Shown here piece after piece: positions 13,083 to 23,549 of a stretch of 64,000 nt of DNA. A program made the position numbers and the translations under genes. Where the stretch lies: positions 5,084,001 to 5,148,000 of the forward strand of contig JBHGNT010000015.1 of NCBI GenBank assembly GCA_043228905.1, in the 5' to 3' direction. Origin of the DNA: Azolla caroliniana. Its lineage: Eukaryota; Plantae; Polypodiophyta. Positions within the stretch are counted from its first letter, which is position 1, and each line of letters starts with the position of its first letter. The notes under the pieces were generated by a model. The model had not been told where the DNA came from and did no database searches. It was given only the letters and a program-made list of their open reading frames with translations.

Positions 13083-16000
13083 AAGTTGGGAGATGTTAGA
13101 GAAGGACAAACACTAATTTTGATGCATCTTCTTGCTACAGTGTCTGTTTCCTTTGTTCTTTAGCTCTTTCGAAGCCAGCACATAGAGCTTTCTAAAGAGT
13201 ATCTGTACGTATCATTTGGTGATCTTGGTAGAATGTTACGAGTAAAAATTCAATTTGGTTGCATGCATCGCATGATCGCTTGCTTTAATTCCTTCTTCAA
13301 CACAATTACTTGTAAGTGAGCTCTCTCCTATTTCTTGTCATGTGGATGGTAGTGTTTTCATGAATATGGATGAGTCTCCAAATTCTTCAAAGGATGCATG
13401 CATAGTTGAGTCAATATCAAGCCCAAGAGGGGAAGGTAAAAGAAAACGATGTATTGAAGATTATAGTAATGACATGTCTTATGTTGATGCAATGCGACAA
13501 GATGATATTGAGAAAGATGATAATCATTGGGAACAATTAAGATGCATGGAAAATATATTAATGGAAGATTGTATAAGGGAGAATGTGAAAGTTGGTGAGG
13601 AGTTTGTTGAGGATGAAGTGGCTAAGGTAGAAATAGACAACAAACTCCTTCATCCTCAATAAATTGCTAGTTTTTTATTAGAAAAGTTTGGTTCATATTG
13701 TTCCATGGAGGCCACTAGTGGAATAGCAAGATATATTAAAGCGAGAGTGTCCCGTATGGGGTGAGGTAGAGTGCACATATTCAGTGGTTTGGCCAATATT
13801 ACAGTCAATGATGGAAAAGTTAGGAAAGCTCTTGGTGCCTCCTAGTGCTAATGCTCAAAATCGATCTCAAATGTGTATTCTTTGGAATACTGCAATAAAG
13901 AGGTCAAGTTGTTTACATATTGCATGCTTTGGTATGCCGCCTATGTATTTTCAGCTTAAATGGGGTACATTTGTAGGACATTGTTTCCATTGTGGTGTGT
14001 TGGGGGGCATTTTATGGCTGAGTGTCCTCAAAAAAGAAATAATGTAGTGGAAGTGGTACATGAAGAGCCTACAACTCATGATCAGATTCAAGCTTTGACA
14101 ATTTCAGAGCAAACAAAGCAACCATAAATTGTGAATCAGGATGGAAAGACTCTAGAGGATGAAGGACAATGGTCAATAGTTTCTGGAAAGATGAAGAAGT
14201 CTAATAAAAATGTTGGGCATAATGTATCTATGGAGAAGGTCACACCGACAAATCCCATGCGAAATAAACCATGGGCTCGTCAAGAGGACTATCCAAAGAA
14301 ATTATCTTTTGATAATAAAGGTAATTTGTATGTTCCTTGGAATAAACGGAAATCGATGCCTCGTTCACATGAGGAGCCATCGGGGTTTGGAGTTTTGCAT
14401 TCCCATAGTAATTCATATGCAATCTTAGGGGATTTATTTCAGGATATGGCAGAAACATTAGCAATGAAGGAGAAGGAGATTTCTCGAATAAAAGGAAAAA
14501 ATAAAGTATGAAGATCACCACATGGAATGTGAGGGGATTGTGTTCTATATTTAGAATGCATGAGGTTTGGAGGATTGTGTTAAGTGAGCAATGGGATGTT
14601 TTATGTGCAGTAGAGCATAAAGATCATCGTAATGCTGGTTTAATTAGTTATTCTAAGGGTTATACATTATGTTATGCTAGCAAGATTCATGGGGATTATT
14701 CTGGGATTATCATGTTTATAAGAGATAAATTCCACCCAAAAGTAATTGTTTCAGATGAATTTGGAAGATTTATTGTGGTAGAGATATGTTATGAAGGGCA
14801 AGCTCTTTGGTTAGTTGGTGTGTATGCATCAAATGTTTCACAAGAACGAAAGTTGTTATTGAGATCTCTAAACTCAGTGCTTGATAATAGTAGACCGGGT
14901 TTATTGATGGGAGATTTTAATGTTTGTTGTGAGACAAATCAATCAACATCTATCCACTCTATTATGGATGGACCAGAGGCTCAAGAATGGGGAAATTTTG
15001 AGACTGAAGTCACGTTAAGGGATGTATGGAAATGGATTAAGGGAGATGAACCTAGTTATACCTTTCAATTGGCTCAATATAAGGATACTTGGAGTAGGTT
15101 GGATCAAATGTATATAATGCATACTAAAGGTTTTTTACCAGAGATTTTGGATATTTCAGTGTCTTATGGGTCGATTATATCAAATCATTTCCCATTAATT
15201 TTTGAGTTCAATCACCACTATTAGAGGCTTTCATGAGTTTTTAGGAAAACCACCGTTGATTTTTAATTTGTCATTTTTGGATCATGAGGTCTTCCATGCC
15301 TATATGTGTCAATTGATTGATGCATTTGCCTATCATGTTCAATTTGATGGGTATGAAGCATGGGAAGTATTTGTTGCAAATGTTCAGAGGTTAACTAGAT
15401 ATTATGGAATTCACCATGCTTTTAAAAGGAGAAAGAAATTAAGTTCCCTAGTTAATTTGCTTGATAAATGCAACTCATTGTTAACTTATTGGTCAACGGA
15501 TGTAGAGTTGATGGGATATCAAGAGGTATTAATTTCTGCGATGCATGACCTAATGGCAAAAAATTATCAACATGCTAGACTACATCGTCTAAGACAAGAA
15601 GTGGATGATGCTAATTGTCAATCACATTATTTTTTTCATGACCTTCATGAATCACATGCACGACATAATGTGGTAAGGTTAGAGGAAAATGGTATCATGT
15701 GTTCCGATCCTCAAGAAATTGTGAAGAAATGCATAGAATATTATACACAATTGTTGGATGTACAAATATGTATCGATGATAATGTTAAAAAGGATAAAGA
15801 TGTACTTTTTAATGGAGTGAAAAATCGTATCGCATGATGTGGCACAATCGTTAGATGCTAATATTTCAAAGTATGAGGTGGAACATGTCATGTCACATCT
15901 TGCTAATGATAAGAGTCCTAGGTGGGATGGATTAACACATGAACTCTTTAAGAAATATGTGATTAAGTTAAAGGGGCCTTTTATGGTTTTATTTCAGAAG

Positions 16001-18450
16001 GTGTGGACATCAAGGGAAATGCCTCATTCTTGGAAGATTGGTTTGATCAAGCTTTTGCCGAAGGTGCCCTCTCCATCTTCCTTTGCTCAATGGAGGCCTA
16101 TTTCATTGATGGGGGGAATGTACAAGATTTTTGCAAAAGTGATGGCCAATAGGTTGCATAAGGTTTTACCTTCTATTATTCATAATGCTCAATATGGGTT
16201 TTTAGCAAAAAAAGACATTTTACATAATATTTTAAATGTTCAAATGGCAATTGACTATGCAAACGAGGCGAAACAAGAGTTAGTGTTGTTACAATTGGAT
16301 ATCGAGAAAGCCTATGATAATGTGGATTGGTCATTTATAAATCAATTGATGCCTCATATGGATTTTGGTGAACATATGTCTAAGTTGATATACACATTAG
16401 GGGGGGGTTCAGTTTCACATGTGATGTTTAATGGCGGAGTAACACAACCTCTTTCTATTCGGAGGTCAGTTAGAAAAGGATGCCTGGTAAGTCCTTTACT
16501 ATTCACTATTGTGACACATCCTATTCTTGTTAAGTTACACAATATGGCTATGGAGGAAGAATTGCTTCGAATAAGGTTGCCATCAGGGAAGCCATGTATT
16601 GTTCAAGCTCTCGCAGATGACCATATTATGTTTTTGGCACCTAATCAGGAAAATATTAGTAAGCCAAGAGATGTGTGGGAATTGTTTTCAAATGCTTCAG
16701 GGTTGAGAATTAATATACATAAATCTGTCCTCATTTCATGTATAGAACAAGATGTGTTAGGGTTGGGGTGGTCAGGAAGGATAGTACATCGTGGTATGAT
16801 TTGTCGTCACCTTGGATATCCAATTGGGGTGGAAGTTTCTCATGTGAAACTTATTGAGTGGGTATCCAAAAGGTTGGAGGATAAGTTTATGTAATGGAGG
16901 TCTCAGTTTTGGCCTTTTCATGTACAACTTAAGGTGGTCCAATCGATTATGGTCTCTATAGTATCTTATTATCTTCCTTTGATCCCATGGTCAAAGAAAG
17001 CTCTTGAAATGTTGTCACACTCGATGCGAATGTTGTTATGGAAAGAAAAGGGAAAAGTGCCTTCTCATGGTTGGCATGGGATCATGTTTGTTCTCCGAAG
17101 CGTCTTGGTGGGGCATCAATATTGAATCTATATGAGCATATGGTGGCTCGTCGATTTACTTTCATTCGATTCATGTTTGAAGGTGTACAACCTTGGCCAG
17201 AAATGGTGGCATACTTTATAGAGAAGAACGGAATAAAGCTTGGAAACATGAAGGTTGAAGCGAATTGGTTGAATGTAATTAATTCTGATAGGGATGTCAA
17301 ATGTACATAGTCTATCATAGTTAATCATTTGTTGACATCTTGGCAAAGTATGTTGGATTTTGTGGAATGGCTACCCCCACAAGACAGGGGATGTGCCAAT
17401 TCATTACAAATGGAGGTTTTGGCAACATCAAGGTTGTTGAGGTGGGAAGGTAAACAAATTCTTAACCTTCAATTTAATCAGATGGCTAGATTGGGTTTGG
17501 TAATAGTTAAGGATGCTATGTTGGTTTCACAAAGAAGATTAATGGCTTTTCGAACAATAAGATCAACATTTTGTATTCCAAAAGGTTATAACTTTATTTG
17601 GGTTACGTTGCAACAAATACTATCTTCACATGAGCCAATTCCTGATTTAGATGGGCGATCTCAAGAGCTTGATTGGAGGTTTGTTGGAAATAAGAGATTG
17701 ACTATGATCTCAACGTTGACTGACAAACATAAGTGGTTGGAAGAAAGGTGGTTATAAAGATATGGGGTTTTTATAAGCCCATTACTTGGTGGTTTCATGT
17801 GATCAAGGCAAGTTGGTGTTCTCGATTGATGCTACGAGCCAAGGTATTTATTTGGAGATTATGGTTGGAGCTTTACCATTAGGGGATGCATTAAAAAAAA
17901 AACACTACTAAAGGATTGTGTTTCTTTTGTTCGATGGAATTGGAACATAGTAGGCATCGATTTATTTAATGCCCGATGGCAAGGATGGTTTGCAGGTGTA
18001 TCAGTTTAGTGTGGATGTCTCTAATAGGAGTAAGTCTATCTTCCTTCAGTTGGGTTTTTGCACATATGGAGAACAATGAACCGATGCCTCATTTTCAAAT
18101 TATTTTTGAGTTCTTGAGGTATTGGGGGCTATGGTTCAATTGGAATATGCGAAATGCCTTCATTTTTTATTCGCAAGTTGGGGTGAGAAAATATGTTCTA
18201 AAGTTAAAAGGACATCTTTTGTGGCAATTGACAATGCTAGAGAAGTCATGAAATCTCAACCAGGAAGAGAGAGAACTATGCAAGGTCACATATCATCATA
18301 CTCACCATTTGAATTGCTGTGTAGTGTGGCATTGAGTTTAGTATCGTAGTATTCTTTAAATCCCTAGATAGAAGGGTTCTATACTTTGTAGTAACTTAGT
18401 CATGGTGGTGTTTTTTCCTTTCGTAATGAAAGTCATTATTTACGAAAAAA
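13079..18450 (+). mobile_element. Degenerate L1-type LINE (LINE-B): ORF1 about 13363-14511, ORF2 14508 to about 18250
   Basis: ORF1 CFHCGVLG knuckle. ORF2 begins MKITTWNVRGL and contains MGDFN, SRLD, SNHFP, WRPISL, LDIEKAYDNV, KGCLVSPLLF, LADD and a zf-RVT remnant. Related to, but clearly divergent from, LINE-A. Confidence 0.92.
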
Positions 18451-18458
18451 AGAAAGAG

Positions 18459-18782
18459 ATTCTATTATCGTCTTTGGAGGTCAAATATGACCTATGAGAC
18501 CAAATATATTACATTTCACGTGATTCATGTGAAAGGGAGTAACAACTCTCAATGTTCAAGAACTTTACCAATGAATGTTGCAATTGAGAGTGCACATTGT
18601 GGGTGTGAATGAAATTCGTGCAAGGATTGAGCTTGGTCGAAGATGTGTGGCAAGCATGGTCGAATATGATCATAGGCAAAACATTGGTCGAATGTGTGAT
18701 ACTCAGACTCTCAAACTTGTTCAGGGCAAAGTGTGCATATTTGACCACTCTCATCGTGAGAGAAAGAGTGAGAGAGAGAGAG
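18459..18782 (+). repeat. Complete copy of the ~300-bp GA-tailed repeat, abutting the 3' end of LINE-B
   Basis: Near-identical to 1650-2220; ends in GAGAGAAAGAGTGAGAGAGAGAGAG. Confidence 0.85.
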
Positions 18783-18918
18783 AATGATAAAAGGAAAATA
18801 TATTGTACAAAATTAGTATAAAGATAAGAACAACTTAAAGGCTTAAGATTGGTGTTGAACCGAATTGGTTTGAATAGTACAATTAAAAATGCCTCTAATT
18901 ATAGAGTCTTCAAGATTA

Positions 18919-19007
18919 TTCTTGAACTTTCTAGAATGTTGTAGAGTATTCTAGAATATTCATGAGCATTCTAGAATTTTCTACATTATTTCAAAAAGTT
19001 CTAGAAC
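18919..19007. promoter_or_regulatory. Phased array of heat-shock-element-like nGAAn/nTTCn units, probably within an LTR remnant
   Basis: TTCttGAActTTCtaGAA (18919), TTCtaGAAtaTTC (18949), TTCtaGAAttTTC (18969) and TTCtaGAA (18999), all in 10-bp phase. Confidence 0.5.
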
Positions 19008-19659
19008 TTGGGTAAAATAATAGATGATAATACATTTTATATGTTATAAATTTCATAGTATGAACCATACGAACCATACGTGCATTTGCATTCGTGAATG
19101 CTTCAATCATTCGCGTAAGAAAAACACCCTCAAAGAATGATAATTACCATACTTTTGGATTAACTATTTATGCTTATTTATTATGACGTAAATAAGCCTA
19201 AAATAAGGAAAAAAACATTAAAAAATGGGAAAAAACAAAAAAAAACACAAGAATGTTTGAATAACATTTGCATTCGTTTTCCAACGTATGAAAACGAATG
19301 TTATGCTAGACACGTATATTGTAGAGTCACAGGTTCAAATCCTTATTGGGTCAATATGCACATGTTACCCTGACACCAAATGATAAGATTAGACGAGGGG
19401 TTAGTTCATCCACCTAAAATGACTTGTGATGAGTTGGATTATTTGTATGAATAAGTTATCTCTAAATCTTTAGTATGCTTAAGGTATCAAACTACATGTT
19501 TATGAGCGTCCTAATTTTTTTAGACCGAGATTGAGCATGAAACGTGATTGTAAACCAAGTAAGTCTGTAATTTCTCTTTAGCTCATTTGGGGCACTAACT
19601 TCTCCCCCCCCTACTAGAATGCAGATTTGTAACTTTCACATGTTTATGGCACACACAAT

Positions 19660-19709
19660 CCGCATTGGGGGCATATGGGTTGGTCAGTCAATCCCATTCA
19701 TGTTTTAGG

Positions 19710-19747
<38 letters not shown>

Positions 19748-19965
19748 ATAGTCATGGGACATCTGAGTATGGAATGGTTAGGTAAATGGTTTGTGTGTGA
19801 GTGTGCAACATGAAGCATCATATGGGCATATGAGTGGGTCATTTGGGTTTTATTTTGGTGAGGCAGTCAATCCTATTCATGTTTTAGGTATTCTCTCTCT
19901 CTCTCTCTCTCTCTCTAGGTTTGTCGTGGGTGGGACATCTGAGTATGGAATGGTTAGGTCTGTGC
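19660..19965. repeat. Two tandem ~180-bp units, each containing a (TC)n tract
   Basis: CAGTCAATCC.ATTCATGTTTTAGGTATT(CT)n...GGGACATCTGAGTATGGAATGGTTAGGT occurs twice. Confidence 0.8.
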
Positions 19966-20299
19966 CTGACTGAGTGTAGCAGGAAATATTTGGGCGTCCC
20001 ACATAGGAAGGCCGGAGAAGGCTATGGCTATAAATAGCGAGGGGCTTCTCTGTTTATCTTCATCTTTGCGCTTGGGGCAATGACGCAGTTAGTGAGGGCT
20101 TCCCGAGACGCGTCAATTGCTGGTTGAAAACTATTTCCAACCCCCCTCCCCGGCACCTGCTAAAGGAGCCCCGGAGAATTTTTGCAAAGGCCCTTGCTCC
20201 TCTCCGGAGGAGTGGGCCTCAACAATCAAAACCCTAACCCTAACATAAACGAAGGTAGTAAATGATTAATGGTGCAATTAGAAGCCTTGCTCCAAGCTC

Positions 20300-21550
20300 A
20301 TGTCGAAAAAAAAGCAATTTGTAGCGCTTCTTCCATGGTTCCCATAGATTCATCACACTGGCACTCGTCTTCTTCTTGATCTTGTAATGCAGTTTTCCCC
20401 CATGGATGTACTACCAAATTTTAAGCTTCCAAATCTGTATAGCGTATCCTCTTTCGTTTCTTATGACCAGAGATCAGTCCTCAGTTTCGGAGATATCAAT
20501 TCAAGGTTATATCCTGTCTATATCAATCTTTCATAGTAATTTCAGTCAGCTTCTTCACTCGTTTTATGACCAAGGTTTTCCTTGACTGTGGTTTTGGAAA
20601 TGTGGAGATATATGAAAGGTAACTTACTGCGCACTCATCATCATTCCTTCACATTACTCCTTTTCATGCTATTACAGCCTATTACAGGAACAAGAACATG
20701 GACATTGTGGAGCACCAAACTCAGAATGTGAACCATAACAACAGTATATTTTATAACTAACATCTGATGTAAATACTGCCGCAGGTTTGATTGAATGACA
20801 GGGATTCAACCTCCCAGATCTGCATGAATGGATTAGAACAGCATTTGTTGTTGATTTCATTTGAGGTGCAAATAGCTCCCTTGATGTAATTTCCTATAAA
20901 CTTGCTTTCCCTCTAGTTGATTTCATTGTTGGAGAAAGACAAAAAGACACCAGTTTTTTGAGAGACCACATTAAGTTGCCAGATATAAATGGACAAGGAT
21001 GACAGCAATCACTATTTGGCATACAACATTAATGGTAATTTTGTGTAGTTAACAAGACACCAAATTTCTTAATGAGCAATTGAGCAATCACATGGAAGGA
21101 GTACCACCTGAAGTGGTAATGCATTCCTTTATGACAAGCATATATGAGGCATTAAACCCATATAACACTTTTCTCATGAAAAGAAATGAAGCATTTGGAA
21201 CAGTTTGGATGACGAGATGATGACCATCTCCAAACTTTTGTACCCAAGTCCACAAAACTTGAGTAGACGATGCCACAAATGCCGCCTCCGTAGCTTCACA
21301 CACAAAACCCATATATGAATGAGAATTTACATGGCGAGGATATCAATGGAGATATGGCCCTTGCCTTTGAGAAGGTGATAAGAAGGGACTAGATAGTGCC
21401 AGAATACTTATGGTTCCAAAGAGATCATATTTGTGGCTTTCAAGTGCAAAAATATCACATCTACCTAGATCTTTTTCGCTTCCGTCATGTCGATCATAAT
21501 GGTCAGAGGTAGGGTGGAGGGAAGTAAAAATGCATAGACGCATTTCAAAT
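20300..21550 (-). mobile_element. Possible highly decayed Mutator-like (MULE/FAR1) transposase remnant
   Basis: Across frameshifts: PLTIMIDMTEA...VDVIF resembles the MULE P-x-T-I-x-T-D motif, and YCCYGSHSEFGAPQC/VHVL resembles a SWIM finger. Weak evidence. Confidence 0.3.
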
Positions 21551-21959
21551 GATGATCAAGTTTATAAAGCACACGATTGGATTGACTTTTTTCAGTATTT
21601 ATAAAATAACCATTTGGTTAAGTGTGTGTCCAATTAAGTGCGCCATTCTATTAAATGAGTTTTTTATAGATGTCAAAATCTTGTTAAAAAAAGGTACATT
21701 GTTTTATGACAAAATACATCAAACCAAATTGAAACTATGTTCCAATAATTTAAAAAACAACAAAATGATCAATACAAAAAAGATTTCTAAGTTCTTTCAC
21801 AATTTCATATCAAAATCATGAAAGGCCATTTGCCTACTTTTACCTAAATAGGTCGAGCAAGATATGGTGAATACAATCTTGAACTAAATTCATGCAAACT
21901 TTGCTTTGGAGCAAGCTATATATTCAATAAAACTAAATAGGTTTGAGTGTGGGTTTATG

Positions 21960-22190
21960 AAGGGAAAGCTACTAATTGATTAATATCTTATTATGTGGAC
22001 TTATATAAAGGGAAAGCTATTAATTGATTAATCAATTAATGACTTATTATGTGGAGTTACATGAAATGAAAGCAATGAATCGATTAATCGATTAATGAAT
22101 TATTATGTGGAGGGAAAACTATTAATCGATTAATGGCTTATTATGTGGACGAAAGTTATTAATCGATTAATAGCTATTGATCGATTAACA
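21960..22190. repeat. AT-rich degenerate repeats built on ATTAATCGATTAAT palindromes and TTATTATGTGGA
   Basis: Directly visible; at least four units. Confidence 0.75.
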
Positions 22191-22301
22191 CAAGTATGTG
22201 GATTCAAATCCCTACCATAACAATCATTTTTTTTACACTATCTCAGGCAAGTATGTGGATCATTTCTCATAAACCACATGCCATATCAGATATAGAGATC
22301 A

Positions 22302-22510
22302 CGCACAATCTCCATAGACACCAAAAAACAAACATAGACATCTCGCACAATCTCCATAGACACCAAAAAACAAACATAGACATCTCGCACAATCTCCATA
22401 GACACCAAAAAACAAACATAGACTTCTCGCACAATCTCCATAGACACCAAAAAACAAACATAGACATCTCGCACAATCTCCATAGACACCAAAAAACAGA
22501 CATAGACATT
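22302..22510. repeat. 42-bp minisatellite, about 5 copies
   Basis: Unit GCACAATCTCCATAGACACCAAAAAACAAACATAGACATCTC; it translates as repeated HNLHRHQKTNIDIS. Confidence 0.95.
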
Positions 22511-23157
22511 AGAAAAGAAACCAAAAAACTGACATAGAAAAGAAAATATGCTGAGTGATTACAACAGCATGGAGGGCCTGATTGATGGCTGTTTGGGCTA
22601 TGCTTTATTAGAATTACAGCAAAAAAAATTTAGGATCTTTTTTGTTTTACTAAAACACCGTAAGTGCGCACTATTCCCTTGCGTTCAAAGTGCACACTTA
22701 ACCTAATGGTTCCAACTTCCTGTATAAGTGTGCTTTGATACACTTACTCAATTTCAACATCGGTCAACCATTGACTTTCTAACGTGTTCATTTGGGATGT
22801 GAATCAAGGTCATGGTTTCGACATGAACAAAAAAGTAATCACTTTGTCATCTTATGTTGCACAGATGATTTGATGGCGTTTCTAATGGGGTTTAAATTCT
22901 CTTCCTTTTTCAATCCATGCATGGACTTTTTCTTATGCAATTTACATCCTCTAAGTCCTTTTTCTCATAAGACCATTTCTTTGAGAGGTGATGAGAGAGG
23001 AGGACGAAAGGTCAACGATATTGAAATGATTATTGCATAGTGAAGAATCATGATGCCTTCTCTCCAGAAAGCGAACATAAAAAAAAAAGCAAGGCTTATA
23101 TATAAAAACCTAAAGTCAAGGGAAGGCGACAACATTACTTTTAAGAGACATTAGCGT

Positions 23158-23293
23158 CACGTGGGGATGCCACGTGGCGAATAAGTCAAAGCAAGACGGA
23201 CCTTTTGTTTGGTCGTGTGTCTTGATGGTAAAGAGTCAGTCAAGCATGACCCACACGACAAAGACCGTCGTGGCCACTTGGGTGCCACGTGGC
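23158..23293 (+). promoter_or_regulatory. G-box/ABRE cluster upstream of ERD4/OSCA3 paralog 1
   Basis: CACGTG at 23158, and GCCACGTGGC at 23169 and 23284, about 260-390 bp upstream of the ATG. Confidence 0.65.
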
Positions 23294-23549
23294 GAAGTAG
23301 CTCCTCCTCCTCTGTCCGTCCAAAAAAGTCAATACAACAAACTGCATTTAATGCAATGGACCGAGTCCTCAGTTTTTCTGAGATGCCACTTGGATGGGGC
23401 CACAGCAGAAGGATTTAAATGCAGCCACAGCCATCGCCATAGCCATAGCCATAGCCATACCCATAGCTCAGGACCTCAATCTCCTGCTTCTTCTTCATCT
23501 TCTTCTTCATTGAATGAGAAAAGCTTGATCTTTTGCTGCTGCAGCTGCC

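Noticed and set aside
20228-20245. Interstitial telomere
   Set aside because: Only about two degenerate units (AAACCCTAACCCTAA), which is telo-box scale.
22196-22537. Repeat-protein ORFs on both strands
   Set aside because: By-product of a 42-bp stop-free minisatellite; no other support for a gene.
21608-22712. MITE defined by a ~22-bp inverted repeat (ACCATTTGGTTAAGTGTG / CACACTTAACCTAATGGT)
   Set aside because: The match is short and imperfect and no TSD was identified, so it cannot be supported.
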